A stretch of 64,000 nt of DNA from Alphaproteobacteria bacterium (GCA_963555825.3 CAUVXB020000002.1:2944001-3008000); one strand, 5' to 3'; positions 1-10,064 are shown, numbered from the stretch's first letter. The notes: generated by a model not told the origin, from the letters alone. Translations and numbers: made by a program.

Positions 1-651
1 CAGCGTGGTTATCGCGATCAGCACGATGCCGAGGCCGAGCGCCAGCGCCAGGTCGCCCTTCGAGACCTCGAGCGCGATCGCGGTGGTCATGACGCGCGTC
101 ACGTGGTCGATGTTGCCGCCGACGATCATCACGGCGCCGACCTCGGCGCTGGCGCGGCCGAAGCCGGCGAGCACCGCAGTCACCAGGCTGAAGCGGCCGT
201 CCCACAACAGCGTCCGGATGGCGCGCCCGGGCCCGCTGCCGAGCGAGCGCAGCTGCTCGGCGTACTCCTGCCACAGGTCCTCGACGACCTGGCGCGTCAG
301 CGCGGCGATGATCGGCGTCACCAGCACGCACTGGGCGATGATCATCGCGGTCGGCGAGAACAGGAGGCCGAACACGCCGAACGGCCCCGAGCGCGACAGC
401 ATCAGGTAGACGACGAGGCCGACGACGACCGGCGGCAGCCCCATCAGCGCATTCAAGACGACCACCAGCGCGCCCCGGCCGGCGAAGCGGAACAGCGCGA
501 TCGCCGCGCCGAGCGGCAGGCCGATGAGCGCCGCCAAGCCGACCGCGGTCAGGCTGACGCGCAGACTGAGACCGACGATCTCGATGAGCTCGGTGTCGAA
601 ACCGGCGATCATCATCGCCGCTGTGCCCAGCGCATCGACCAGTTCGTTCAC
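1..651 (-). CDS. tupB: Tungstate ABC transporter permease (3' end runs off window)
   Basis: Absent from the ORF track. Manual minus-strand translation from GTG 651 (RBS GGGAGAGG): MNELVDALG...IVGLSLRVS...LNALMGLPPVVVGLVVYLMLSRSGPFG...AGFGRASAEVGAVMIVGGNIDHVTRVMTTAIALEVSKGD, typical TupB. Confidence 0.88.
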   Translation of the reverse strand, partial: MNELVDALGTAAMMIAGFDTELIEIVGLSLRVSLTAVGLAALIGLPLGAAIALFRFAGRGALVVVLNALMGLPPVVVGLVVYLMLSRSGPFGVFGLLFSPTAMIIAQCVLVTPIIAALTRQVVEDLWQEYAEQLRSLGSGPGRAIRTLLWDGRFSLVTAVLAGFGRASAEVGAVMIVGGNIDHVTRVMTTAIALEVSKGDLALALGLGIVLIAITTL

Positions 652-765
652 GCGTCACCTCTCCCGTTGTCCGCAAAAATACGTGAATTTAGGATTAATT
701 TACTATATTTCGTAATAATAGAGAAAATTTGCACCTCTTCAGCGAATTGTCAAGATTTTCCCAGC

Positions 766-794
766 AAACAAAACGGCGGCCCGGGGGCCGCCGT
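766..794 (-). terminator. Rho-independent terminator
   Basis: ACGGCGGCCC-NN-GGGCCGCCGT hairpin followed by TTTGTTT on the minus strand, just downstream of 827..1342. Confidence 0.65.
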
Positions 795-826
795 CGAGGT
801 CGGGAGAGTGTCGCGGTTGTGGCGGT

Positions 827-1342
827 TCAGCCGCGGTAGCGCCAGGCGACGATGCGGCCGCTATAGGGGTCGACCCGGAGCTTCACCTTGCGGCCGTAGT
901 GGTCGCGCGCCCAGACTTTGTAAAACCCGTGCGAAAAGCGGATCCGCTTGACGTGCAAGAAGTGCTGCCGCTTGAGGCGCCGGACCACCTTTTTCTTTGA
1001 GAGTTTCGGCGCGTGATAGCCGTAATTGTTGTAACCGTATTTTTGATATCCGAAATTTTGCAGACCGAAGCCGAACTTGGGCAGGCCGTAACGGTTGTCC
1101 CGGCGGGAGCTGCGTCGGTCGTAATAGCGCCCGAAATAGGGCTTCTTGTACCTGTAACCGTGATTGTAGCCGTATGTGTTGCCGTATTTGTAACCGTGGC
1201 TGTACCCCGACCCGCCGTACTGTTTCGGCGTTTTGTGCGAGGTCGTCGAATAGCTGAACGAGAACGAATCGGCCATGGCGGGGGCCGTGGACAGGCCGAA
1301 TGCGACGGCGGCCGCGGCGGCGATCAGTGTGAAGGTCCTCAT
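827..1342 (-). CDS. Secreted Tyr/Gly-rich protein with C-terminal PepSY-like domain
   Basis: Signal peptide MRTFTLIAAAAAVAFGLSTAPAMA, Y/G/N-rich middle, C-terminal LSKKKVVRRLKRQHF...YKVWARDHYGRKVKLRVDPYSGRIV. Confidence 0.7.
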   Translation of the reverse strand: MRTFTLIAAAAAVAFGLSTAPAMADSFSFSYSTTSHKTPKQYGGSGYSHGYKYGNTYGYNHGYRYKKPYFGRYYDRRSSRRDNRYGLPKFGFGLQNFGYQKYGYNNYGYHAPKLSKKKVVRRLKRQHFLHVKRIRFSHGFYKVWARDHYGRKVKLRVDPYSGRIVAWRYRG

Positions 1343-1508
1343 GACAAGCCTCCGTTCAAGGGGCGATCGGCGATCGATAGACGCGACCCTAGCAGACGCG
1401 CCCTGAGTGCAGCCTGAACGCACCGTTCATCGGCGGTTAACTTCTATATTGGGCGCCGCGCGCCTTTTCGCCAGCGGAACCGCGGTTTAGTGCGGGTTTC
1501 CCGTGCCG

Positions 1509-4274
1509 CTATTCGGCGGCTTGCGCGGTGGCCTTCTCGACCCGGGCGGCGCAGAATTTGAACTCGGGGATCTTGCCGAACGGGTCGAGCGCGGCGTTGG
1601 TCAGCATGTTGGCCGCCGCGTCGGCAAAGCAGAACGGGATGAAGATCATGCCGGTCGGCACCTTGCCGTCGCGCCGCGCCGTTATCTCGATGACGCCGCG
1701 ACGGGTGGCGACGCGCACCAGCTCGCCGGGCTCGACGCCGAGATGGCTGAGGTCGGTTGGCGAGAGGCACGCCACCGCCTCGGGCTCGATGGTGTCGAGC
1801 ACGCTGGCGCGGCGCGTCATCGCGCCGGTGTGCCAATGTTCGAGCAGGCGGCCGGTGGTCAGCACCATGGGGTATTCGTCGTCGGGCTGCTCGTCGGGCG
1901 GGATGACCTTCGCCGGCACCATCTTGCCGCGCGTCGAGGGCGTCGGGAAGCCGTCGCCGAACAGCACGTCGTGGCCCGGCACGTCCTCGGAATCGCAAGG
2001 GTAGGTGACTGCGCTTTCGGCCAGCAGCCGCTGCCAGCTGATGCCCTTGAGCGAGGCCATGCATCGCTGCATCTCGGCGAAGACGTCGGCGGGTCCGTCA
2101 TAGTTCCAGTCCAGCCCGATGCGGCGCGCGATCTCCTGGATGATCCACCAGTCCTGACGCGCGTCGCCCGGCAGCTCGAGCGCCTGGCGGCCCATCTGGA
2201 TCTGGCGGTTGGAGTTGGTCACCGTGCCGTCCTTCTCGGGCCAGGCCGAGGCCGGCAAGATAACGTCGGCGTGGAACGCGGTCTCGGTCAGGAAGAGGTC
2301 CTGCACGACCAGATGCTCGAGCATGGCGAGCCCGTCGCGCGCATGCTGCACGTTGGGGTCCGACATCGCCGGGTTCTCGCCCATGACGTACATGCCCTTG
2401 ATCACGCCGGCGTGCACCGCGTCCATGATCTCGACCACGGTCAGGCCCCGCTTGGAGTCGAGCTTGGCGCCCCAGAATTCCTCGTATTCGGCCTGGATGG
2501 CCGGGTCCTCGACCGAACGGTAGTCGGGGTAGAACATCGGGATGAGGGCGACGTCGGAGGCGCCCTGCACGTTGTTCTGGCCGCGCAAGGGGTGCAGCCC
2601 GGTGCCCGGCCGGCCGACCTGGCCGGTCATCAGCGAGAGCGCGATCAGACAGCGCGCGTTATCGGTGCCGTGGATGCTCTGCGAGATGCCCATGCCCCAG
2701 AAGATGATCGCCGCCTCGGCGCGCGCGTAGGTCCGCGCCACCGTGCGAATGGTCGCCGCGTCGACACCACAGATCGGCGCCATCGCCTCGGGCGTGTACG
2801 CCACGAGGTGCGCCTTCATCGCCTCGAAGCCCTCGGTGTAGGCCTCGACGTACTGGCGGTCGTAGAGCTCTTCGGCGACGATGACGTTCATCATCGCGTT
2901 CAGCAGAGCGACGTCCGAGCCCGGCTTGAAGCGCAGCATGTGGGTCGCGTACTTCTTTAGCGCGTGGCCGCGCGGGTCGCAGACGATCAGCGTGGCGCCG
3001 TCCTTGGCCGCGTTCTTGAAGAAGGTCGCGGCGACCGGATGGTTCTCGCTCGGGTTGGCGCCGATGACGATGATGACGTCGGCCTTGAGCGCGTCGGTGA
3101 ACGGCGCCGTCACCGCGCCCGAGCCGATCGTCTCCAAGAGTGCGACGACCGACGAGGCGTGACACAGCCGCGTGCAGTGGTCGACGTTGTTGGTGCCGAA
3201 GCCGGCGCGCACCAGCTTCTGCACCAGATAGGCTTCTTCGTTCGACCCCTTGGCCGAGCCGAAGCCGGCGAGCCCCTTGCCGCCGTCGCGATCGCGGATG
3301 TGCGCCAGGCCCGCGGCGGCGAAATCGAGCGCCTCGTCCCAGCTCGCCTCGCGGAAGTGGCTGTAGGGATTGGCCGGATCGATGTCGTCGTAGGCGTCCT
3401 TCGGCATGCCCTCCTTGCGGATCAGCGGCGTCGTCAGGCGGTGCGGGTGCTTGATGTAGTCGAAGCCGAAGCGGCCCTTGACGCACAGCCGGCCACGGTT
3501 GCCCGGTCCCTCGCGGCCCTCGACGTGGAGGATGTCGTTGCCCTTGATGTTGTAAGTAATCTGGCAGCCGACGCCGCAGTAGGGGCAGACGCTGTCGACC
3601 TGGCGGTCGGCATAGCCGGTGCGCAGGCCGGCCGCGTCCAACAGCGTCGCCGGCATCAGCGCGCCGGTCGGGCAGGCCTGGACGCACTCGCCGCAGGCGA
3701 CGCAGGTCGAGATGCCCATCGGATCGTCGAAGTCGAAGACGATCTTGCTCTGGTGCCCACGATACGCCATGCCGATGACGTCGTTGACCTGCACCTCGCG
3801 GCAGGCGCGCACGCAGCGCGTACAGTGGATGCAGGCATCCAGGTTGACCGCCATCGCCGGGTGGCTCGGGTCGGCCGGCGGCGCGGCGCGCGCCGGAAAG
3901 CGGCTCGCGAGCTGGCCCATCTGGTCGGCCCAGTGCCACAGCTCGGATTGCGGGTCGTGGGCGCTCTCCTTGGCCGGCTGATCGGCGAGCAGCAGCTCCA
4001 TCACCATCTTGCGCGCGGTGCCGGCGCGCTCGGTCGCGGTGTTGACGACCATGTCCGGCGTCGGCGTGCGGATGCACGAGGCGGCGAGCACGCGCTCGCC
4101 CTCGATCTCGACCATGCAGACCCGGCAGTTGCCGTCCGCCCGATAGCTCGTCGCGGGCGAATAGCAGAGGTGCGGGATGTCGATCCCTTCGCGCTCGGCG
4201 ACCTGCCAGATCGTCTCACCGGGTTCCGCCGACACCGCCTTGTCGTCGAGGGTGAAGTCGATGCTGTCGGTCAT
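1509..4274 (-). CDS. fdhF: Formate dehydrogenase alpha subunit (Mo/W-bisPGD, Cys-ligated)
   Basis: N-terminal 2Fe-2S and 4Fe-4S Cys motifs, CPYCGVGC, catalytic RLCHAS, LRGQNNVQG, C-terminal PEFKFCA. ATGA overlap with the beta subunit. Confidence 0.95.
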   Translation of the reverse strand: MTDSIDFTLDDKAVSAEPGETIWQVAEREGIDIPHLCYSPATSYRADGNCRVCMVEIEGERVLAASCIRTPTPDMVVNTATERAGTARKMVMELLLADQPAKESAHDPQSELWHWADQMGQLASRFPARAAPPADPSHPAMAVNLDACIHCTRCVRACREVQVNDVIGMAYRGHQSKIVFDFDDPMGISTCVACGECVQACPTGALMPATLLDAAGLRTGYADRQVDSVCPYCGVGCQITYNIKGNDILHVEGREGPGNRGRLCVKGRFGFDYIKHPHRLTTPLIRKEGMPKDAYDDIDPANPYSHFREASWDEALDFAAAGLAHIRDRDGGKGLAGFGSAKGSNEEAYLVQKLVRAGFGTNNVDHCTRLCHASSVVALLETIGSGAVTAPFTDALKADVIIVIGANPSENHPVAATFFKNAAKDGATLIVCDPRGHALKKYATHMLRFKPGSDVALLNAMMNVIVAEELYDRQYVEAYTEGFEAMKAHLVAYTPEAMAPICGVDAATIRTVARTYARAEAAIIFWGMGISQSIHGTDNARCLIALSLMTGQVGRPGTGLHPLRGQNNVQGASDVALIPMFYPDYRSVEDPAIQAEYEEFWGAKLDSKRGLTVVEIMDAVHAGVIKGMYVMGENPAMSDPNVQHARDGLAMLEHLVVQDLFLTETAFHADVILPASAWPEKDGTVTNSNRQIQMGRQALELPGDARQDWWIIQEIARRIGLDWNYDGPADVFAEMQRCMASLKGISWQRLLAESAVTYPCDSEDVPGHDVLFGDGFPTPSTRGKMVPAKVIPPDEQPDDEYPMVLTTGRLLEHWHTGAMTRRASVLDTIEPEAVACLSPTDLSHLGVEPGELVRVATRRGVIEITARRDGKVPTGMIFIPFCFADAAANMLTNAALDPFGKIPEFKFCAARVEKATAQAAE

Positions 4275-5974
4275 CGCAGGTCCTCCGGAAAGTGCTTGAG
4301 CACCATGAGCAGCGGATTGGGCGCGGCTTGGCCGAGGCCGCAGATCGAGGCGTCCATCATCGCGCTTGTCAGTTCCTCGAGCAACGGCGCGTCCCAGCTC
4401 GGCTGGTCCATCAGCACGACCGCTTTCTCGCAGCCGACGCGGCACGGCGTGCACTGGCCGCAGCTTTCATCCTCGAAGAAGCGTAACAGATTTAACGCGG
4501 CATCGCGCGCGCTGTCGACCTGGGACAGCACGATGACGGCGGCCGAGCCGATGAAACAGCCGTGCTCCTGAAGCGTGTCGAAGTCGAGCGGCACGTCGTC
4601 GAGCGAGGCGGGCAGGATGCCGCCCGAGGCGCCCCCCGGGAGATAGCCCTTGAAATCGTGGCCGTCGGCCATGCCGCCGCAAAATTCGTCGATCAGCTCG
4701 CGGATCGTGATGCCGGCGGGCGCCAGCTTGACGCCGGGTTGCTTGACGCGGCCCGAGACCGAGAAACTGCGCAGACCCTTGCGGCCGTTGCGGCCGTGGC
4801 CGGTGAACCAATCGGCGCCCTTCTCGACGATATCGCGCACCCAGTGGAGCGTCTCGACATTGTGGATCAGCGACGGCCGGCCGAACAGGCCGACCTGGGT
4901 CGGGAAGGGCGGGCGGTGGCGCGGCATGCCGCGCTTGCCCTCGATGCTCTCCATCATGGCGCCTTCTTCACCGCAGATATAGGCGCCGGCGCCGCGCCTG
5001 AGATGGATGGTGGCGATGGCGCCGAAGCCGGCCGCCTCGACGCGCGCGATCTCGCGCTTGAGCACGTCGCGCACACCGGGGTATTCGTCGCGCAGGTAGA
5101 TGTAGGTGTCGTCCGCCCCGACCGTCCAGCAGGCGATCAGCATGCCCTCGAGGAAGCGATGCGGATCGCTCTCCATGTAGACGCGGTCCTTGAAGGTACC
5201 GGGCTCGCCCTCGTCGGCGTTCACCGCGACCAGGCGCGGCGCCGGCTCCTGGCGCACGAAGCGCCACTTCTGGCCGGCCGGGAAGCCCGCGCCGCCGAGC
5301 CCGCGCAGGCCCGAATCGGTGAGCGCGGCGATGATCTCATCGGCCGTGCGCTCGCCCGCCAGGCAGGCGCGCAGCAAGCGATAGCCGCCATCCGCGACAT
5401 AGGCGTCGAAATCGACGTAGGGCGGGATTTCCGGCTCGTGCGCGCCGCCCTCGACGACCGCCGCGATCTTGTCGACGTCGGCGTCGACGACGTGGCGATG
5501 GCCGACTTCGGCGACCGGCGCGCATTCGCAGCGTCCCATGCAGGGCGCGCGCACGACGCGGATGTTTTCACCGAGCCGCGCGGGCAGCGCCGCGAGCAGT
5601 GCCTGGGCGCCCATCATTTCGCAACTCAGGCTGTCGCAGACGCGGACCGTGAGCGCCGGCGGCGGCGTCTCGCCCTCGGCGACGATGTCGAAATGGGCGT
5701 AGAAGGTCGCGACCTCGAAGACCTCGGCCATGGGCACGCGCATCTCCTCGGCGAGCGCCGCCAGATGGCCCGCCGAGAGGTGATGGTAGTGGTCCTGAAT
5801 CAGGTGAAGATGCTCGATCAAGAGGTCGCGGCGGCGCGGCGCATCGCCGAGCAGCGCGCGGACCTCGAAAAGCGCCGTCTCGTCGACCTGGCGGCCGCGA
5901 TTGGCGGCCCGCGCCTTGCCCTTCCTCGCGCCCGGATGGCTATATTTGTGCAGTTCCGGTGTGGCGTCCGACAT
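4271..5974 (-). CDS. Formate dehydrogenase beta subunit (NuoE+NuoF-like, FMN/NAD-binding)
   Basis: EVATFY, SGLRGLGGAGFP, NADEGEPGTFKDR, GAGAYICGEE, ESCGQCTPCR. Confidence 0.93.
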   Translation of the reverse strand: MSDATPELHKYSHPGARKGKARAANRGRQVDETALFEVRALLGDAPRRRDLLIEHLHLIQDHYHHLSAGHLAALAEEMRVPMAEVFEVATFYAHFDIVAEGETPPPALTVRVCDSLSCEMMGAQALLAALPARLGENIRVVRAPCMGRCECAPVAEVGHRHVVDADVDKIAAVVEGGAHEPEIPPYVDFDAYVADGGYRLLRACLAGERTADEIIAALTDSGLRGLGGAGFPAGQKWRFVRQEPAPRLVAVNADEGEPGTFKDRVYMESDPHRFLEGMLIACWTVGADDTYIYLRDEYPGVRDVLKREIARVEAAGFGAIATIHLRRGAGAYICGEEGAMMESIEGKRGMPRHRPPFPTQVGLFGRPSLIHNVETLHWVRDIVEKGADWFTGHGRNGRKGLRSFSVSGRVKQPGVKLAPAGITIRELIDEFCGGMADGHDFKGYLPGGASGGILPASLDDVPLDFDTLQEHGCFIGSAAVIVLSQVDSARDAALNLLRFFEDESCGQCTPCRVGCEKAVVLMDQPSWDAPLLEELTSAMMDASICGLGQAAPNPLLMVLKHFPEDLR

Positions 5975-6093
5975 CGACCCTCGCCCTTGAACAAAGCCCT
6001 GATTTCTCCGGCCCGGAACTTTGCAGTTTCGCGTGACTTTGTAAACTCCGGAGGCCCGTTCCACCCGGGTCGTTGCGCGCGAATACCGGCGCA

Positions 6094-6276
6094 CTAGTCC
6101 AAAGTGTCGGGGTCGACGACGTCGAGCGTAACGACGGCGGCATTGATCAGGCGCTTGCCGACATGGTCGAAATTGACCGTCACCCGGTGGCCATCGACCG
6201 ATTGCACCTGCCCGGTGCCCCAGTCGGGCTGTGCCGGGTGACGCACGTACGCGCCGGGAACGATAGTACCTTTCAT
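6094..6276 (-). CDS. DUF3553 family small protein
   Basis: PGAYVRHPAQPDWGTGQVQSVDGHRVTVNFDHVGK. Confidence 0.8.
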   Translation of the reverse strand: MKGTIVPGAYVRHPAQPDWGTGQVQSVDGHRVTVNFDHVGKRLINAAVVTLDVVDPDTLD

Positions 6277-6435
6277 GACGCGTCATGATACAGGCCGCGC
6301 ACGGCGCTGTCCGCTTGGCGTAACAAATTCACAATAGTTTGGCTTGCGATTGGGCGGCGAGGTCCATATAAATGCTGCCCGTCAAACCCGGCAACGGGTT
6401 CGATCGAAGTGGTGGTTCGTCTTGGGGAGACATTG

Positions 6436-6852
6436 ATGGCGGCTGCATTGCCTCGAGAGTACCGGCCGTCGAAGGACGAGCCGTTCATGAATCCGCGACA
6501 GCTCGACTACTTTCGCCTAAAACTTCTGGCGTGGCGCGAGGAACTGCTTGCCGATTCGTCGCAGACACTCCAGCACCTTCAGCAGGAAACGGCGCAGGAA
6601 TCCGATTTCGCGGACCGCGCGTCGACCGAGACCGACCGCTCGATCGAGCTTCGCACGCGCGACCGCGAACGCAAGCTGATCTCGAAGATCGACGCGGCGC
6701 TCCGGCGCATCGAGGACGGCGGCTACGGTTTCTGCGAAACGACGGGCGAGCCGATCACCCTGAACCGGCTCGAGGCGCGGCCGATCGCAACGATGAGTAT
6801 CGACGCGCAAGAGCGCCACGAACGGCGCGAGAAGGTCTATCGCGACGATTGA
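6436..6852 (+). CDS. dksA: RNA polymerase-binding transcription factor DksA
   Basis: YRPSKDEPFMN, DFADRASTE, YGFCETTGEPI...RLEARPIATMS; RBS GGAG. Confidence 0.95.
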   Translation: MAAALPREYRPSKDEPFMNPRQLDYFRLKLLAWREELLADSSQTLQHLQQETAQESDFADRASTETDRSIELRTRDRERKLISKIDAALRRIEDGGYGFCETTGEPITLNRLEARPIATMSIDAQERHERREKVYRDD

Positions 6853-6940
6853 CTGAGGCCCGGATCACGGCGCTGGCCGGCCATCGGCTCGCGGCGTACG
6901 GTCGCGGCGCCTGATCCTTGGTATTTGGCCAAAATGCCGA

Positions 6941-6964
6941 ACGGCGGCCCCATGGGGCCGCCGT
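6941..6964. terminator. Hairpin between convergent dksA and DUF1127 genes
   Basis: ACGGCGGCCCC-AT-GGGGCCGCCGT, nearly identical to the hairpin at 773-794. Confidence 0.6.
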
Positions 6965-6993
6965 CCTGCGTTTGGCGTATCGTTTGGCGTGAT

Positions 6994-7137
6994 CTAGCGG
7001 TGGCCGCGGACCGTGTTGGCGATGTTGCCGCGTACCATGCCGATGTCGTTCAACGCGCGATCATCCAACCGATTGAGCTGGGCGATCGTCTTGTTGCGGC
7101 GGTGCCAATTGGAGAGCGACTTGAAAACGTTGTTCAT
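6994..7137 (-). CDS. DUF1127 (YjiS-like) small protein
   Basis: MNNVFKSLSNWHRRNKTIAQLNRLDDRALNDIGMVRGNI; RBS AGAGGAG. Confidence 0.88.
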   Translation of the reverse strand: MNNVFKSLSNWHRRNKTIAQLNRLDDRALNDIGMVRGNIANTVRGHR

Positions 7138-7343
7138 GGCTTTAGTCTCCTCTAACCACGTCCGTGGCAAAGCAGGATGAGGGGGTTCAGGGCGGCCTCG
7201 ATGTTGCCCGGACGGGGCGCGACCGCAGGCACCTGTTTCTTCGACGAGAAGTATTTCCGGAGCAGCATCGTTAAACCCTTTTCGAATAGCGTTGTGCGTT
7301 GCGTCAAATGTGGGCAATCAAGGAATGATTACAAATACCGCAA

Positions 7344-7400
7344 TTGCAGTCCTGACATGACATATTTGCATAGCTCTCCGTTCCTTTGTGCAGTGCAACA
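7344..7400. promoter_or_regulatory. Putative regulator boxes upstream of the DUF1127 gene
   Basis: AT-rich region with two T-N11-A LysR-type boxes (TGCAGTCCTGACA, TGACATATTTGCA) and TGCAGTGCAACA resembling PhaR-type TGC-N3-GCA sites. Inference only. Confidence 0.3.
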
Positions 7401-7401
7401 A

Positions 7402-7667
7402 TGATGGTCTACGGCCTGTTCGGAATCACCCATGGCTGGGCACGCGTGCTGACCCTGATGAGCGCCGATGGCGACAGCGCCGTGCGCGCCCGCGTCGGGT
7501 CCGCCGACGGCGTCGAGGTCGACCATGACGCGGGCCGGTTGACCCAGTATCACGAGAGACGCAACGGGGCGCTCGACCGGATCGTCGAGCGCCACGACGT
7601 CGTCGTCCTCGACAACGCCGCGTGGAACGCCAAGAAACGCGCGTTGGGGACGGCGATCCTTCGCTAG
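7402..7667 (+). CDS. Hypothetical protein (start approximate)
   Basis: Short ORF with host-like codon usage in its 3' part; no motif recognised. Confidence 0.35.
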
Positions 7668-7738
7668 CGGCTTTCGTGCATCATCCGACGTAACTATGCT
7701 GGCCGGCGATCGACGCCGGCCCAGGAACCCACCGCGCC

Positions 7739-8653
7739 ATGTTCTCGGCACTGCTCATCGGCTCCGGCCGCAACGCCAAGCTCGCCGTCTTTCTCGGCGG
7801 CGCGTTGTGGGGCCTGTTCTGGATTCCGCTGCGCGCGCTGGACGAGGCCGGTGTGACCGGCGCCTGGGCGACGCTCGCCTACTTCCTGGGCCCCGCGATA
7901 TTGTGGCTGCCGCTGGTTAGCGGGCGTTGGCGGCGGCTCGTCGCCGGCGGGCGAGGGCTCGCGCTGACCTGCGCGATCGCGGCGGTCTCGATGGTCTGCT
8001 ACGCCAACGCGCTGATTTTCACCGAGGTCGTGCGCGCCGTGCTGCTCTACTACCTGACCCCGGTGTGGTCGACGCTCTTGGCCCGCGTCTTCCTTGGCGA
8101 GTTGATCACGCCGGTGCGCTTCGTCTCGATCGCGCTCGGCTTCGCCGGGCTGTTCGTCATCCTGGGCATCGATGAGGGGCTGCCGCTGCCGCGCAATCTG
8201 GGTGACTGGCTGGCGCTCGGCGCCGGCGTCGGCTGGGCGATCACCGCGGTGCGGCTGCGCGCCGACAAGCTCAACGAGGCCGAGGAGATCACCTTTCTCT
8301 ATTTCGTGCTCGGCAGCGTCGCGGCGTTCGCCGCCTGCGCATTGCCCGACGGCCGCACCGGCCCGGTCCCCGACCTCGATACCGTCGTCGGCGTCCTGCC
8401 CTGGCTCGTCCCCGTCTTGGTCGTCCTGATCGTTCCGTCGAGCTTCCTGGTGATGTGGGGCGCGCGGCTGCTCAACCCGGGGCTGGTCGGTGTCCTGTTC
8501 ATGTCAGAGATCTCGGTCGGCGCCGGCTCGGCCGCGATTCTCGCCGGCGAGCCGTTCGGCGCGCGCGAGATCACCGGCGTCGTGCTGATCTCCGCGGCCG
8601 GCCTGCTCGACGCCCTGTGGCACGCGAAAAACGGGCCACCGGTGCGCGGTTGA
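7739..8653 (+). CDS. DMT/EamA family transporter
   Basis: About 10 hydrophobic helices; WGLFWIPLR, LLYYLTPVWSTLLARVFLGE. Confidence 0.9.
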   Translation: MFSALLIGSGRNAKLAVFLGGALWGLFWIPLRALDEAGVTGAWATLAYFLGPAILWLPLVSGRWRRLVAGGRGLALTCAIAAVSMVCYANALIFTEVVRAVLLYYLTPVWSTLLARVFLGELITPVRFVSIALGFAGLFVILGIDEGLPLPRNLGDWLALGAGVGWAITAVRLRADKLNEAEEITFLYFVLGSVAAFAACALPDGRTGPVPDLDTVVGVLPWLVPVLVVLIVPSSFLVMWGARLLNPGLVGVLFMSEISVGAGSAAILAGEPFGAREITGVVLISAAGLLDALWHAKNGPPVRG

Positions 8654-8708
8654 TCAGCGCCCGACGATGAAATCGGCATCGATGTGCGTGAGACGGTGAT
8701 ACACGCGC

Positions 8709-9434
8709 TTAGCGTTCCAACATGTCCGGGTCTATCTCGAGAGCGCGTTCGAGGTCGGCGTTTCCACGCGCGGTGTCGCCGATCTCGAAATACACCGATG
8801 CACGATATGTATAGAATTCCGCATCATTGGGGTTGAGGTCGATTGCGCGGCTGTATTCGCTGATCGCAATGCCGTACTTACCGATCTTTGTATACGCGTT
8901 CGCACGATGGACATAAAAACGTGTGTCATTTGGGTCGAGCAGAATCGCCTGATCGTAATTGGCAATTGCCTCGACGAATTGCGCCAGTTCGAATTCGGCG
9001 AGTCCCCGAAGGAAGTAGGGGGTTGCGGCGGACGGACCGAGTTCGATTGCGCGATCAAAATCGTTGACGGCCAGTGTCCGAAAACCCGCTTTCAAGAGCG
9101 TAGTCCCGCGGTTCACGTAACTATTTGGATCGTTGGGCTCGATCTCGATGGCTCGGTTTAAGTCCTCGATCGCATTCCGGGACTGCCCATTCAGTTCGTG
9201 CGAACTTGCTCGGGCGCTCAACACTAACACAAGCTCGTCATCGTCCAAGTCAGCTTCATCGATACAACGGGTAAGGTACTCGATCGCCTTGTCAAATGCG
9301 GCCTTCTTCATGGCGACACCACCAAGGGCGCAATAGTCACGCGGGCCAGCCTGAGCCAGGAAGGAGAACCCGAGTAGAACGGCTAGCGCCAAGGCCAGTG
9401 TCAAGAAGGGAACAGTCGTTGCTTCATTTCGCAT
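8709..9434 (-). CDS. Secreted TPR-repeat protein
   Basis: Signal peptide then serial TPR units (AIEDLNRAIEIEPND, AVNDFDRAIELGP, AISEYSRAIDLNPND). Visibly lower GC than its neighbours. Confidence 0.88.
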   Translation of the reverse strand: MRNEATTVPFLTLALALAVLLGFSFLAQAGPRDYCALGGVAMKKAAFDKAIEYLTRCIDEADLDDDELVLVLSARASSHELNGQSRNAIEDLNRAIEIEPNDPNSYVNRGTTLLKAGFRTLAVNDFDRAIELGPSAATPYFLRGLAEFELAQFVEAIANYDQAILLDPNDTRFYVHRANAYTKIGKYGIAISEYSRAIDLNPNDAEFYTYRASVYFEIGDTARGNADLERALEIDPDMLER

Positions 9435-9575
9435 TTTCGCCCAGCATGTAATTGACGAGATGTGGTATCGCGCTGCACTCGACGATTGTACGCGAATCAC
9501 AATTCTTTCGCGAGACTGACGTCGGGCACCGCTCGAGGATTGGTTGCTGCTGCGCGCGGTCGACGACGTTCGCGG

Positions 9576-10064
9576 TCATGATCGCCCGACGATAAAATCC
9601 GCGATCGCGGCGACGTCGTCGAGGTCGAGAATCGGCAGCGCGATGTCGGCCAGCGGCGCGTTGCTGGCGACCGCGATGATATGCGGGTCGTCGAGGCACA
9701 GAAGCGGCGTGTTCGCCGCCGGGCGATGGACCTCGATCTTGTCGTGCCGGTGGCGCTTGAAGCCCTCGACCAGCAGGATGTCGACGCCGGTCATGCGCGC
9801 GCACAGCTCGGCCAGGCTCGCCTCGGGCGCGCCGCGGTGCTCGTGCATCAGCGCCCAATAGTCATCGGTGGCGATCAGCACCTCGGCGGCGCCGGCCTCG
9901 CGCAGCGCCCGGGACGCGGCGTCACCGCGGTCGATGGCGACGTTGTGGTGGGTGTGCTTGACGGTCGACACGGTATGGCCCCGGCGCCTGAGTTCGGGGA
10001 TCAGCCGAACCACGAGCGTCGTCTTTCCGCTGCCGCTGTAGCCGGCGATACCCAGCACCTTCAT
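9576..10064 (-). CDS. mobB: Molybdopterin-guanine dinucleotide biosynthesis protein B
   Basis: MKVLGIAGYSGSGKTTL, VKHTHH, DILLVEGFK. Confidence 0.92.
   Translation of the reverse strand: MKVLGIAGYSGSGKTTLVVRLIPELRRRGHTVSTVKHTHHNVAIDRGDAASRALREAGAAEVLIATDDYWALMHEHRGAPEASLAELCARMTGVDILLVEGFKRHRHDKIEVHRPAANTPLLCLDDPHIIAVASNAPLADIALPILDLDDVAAIADFIVGRS

Noticed and set aside
1509-4274. Selenocysteine in formate dehydrogenase
   Set aside because: The active site reads RLCHAS with a Cys codon and there is no in-frame TGA.
5975-6093. Moco/Wco riboswitch upstream of the FDH genes (also checked upstream of tupB and aorA)
   Set aside because: No recognisable conserved motif by eye; an Infernal search would be needed to exclude it fully.
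6853-6993. Cuckoo-type sRNAs downstream of the DUF1127 gene
   Set aside because: No CCTCCTCCC loop motifs; only one hairpin and a short ACGCCAAACG duplication.
8655-9530. Short inverted GCCCGACG flanking the TPR gene as mobile-element ends
   Set aside because: Only 8 bp, expected by chance at this GC content, and no target duplication.
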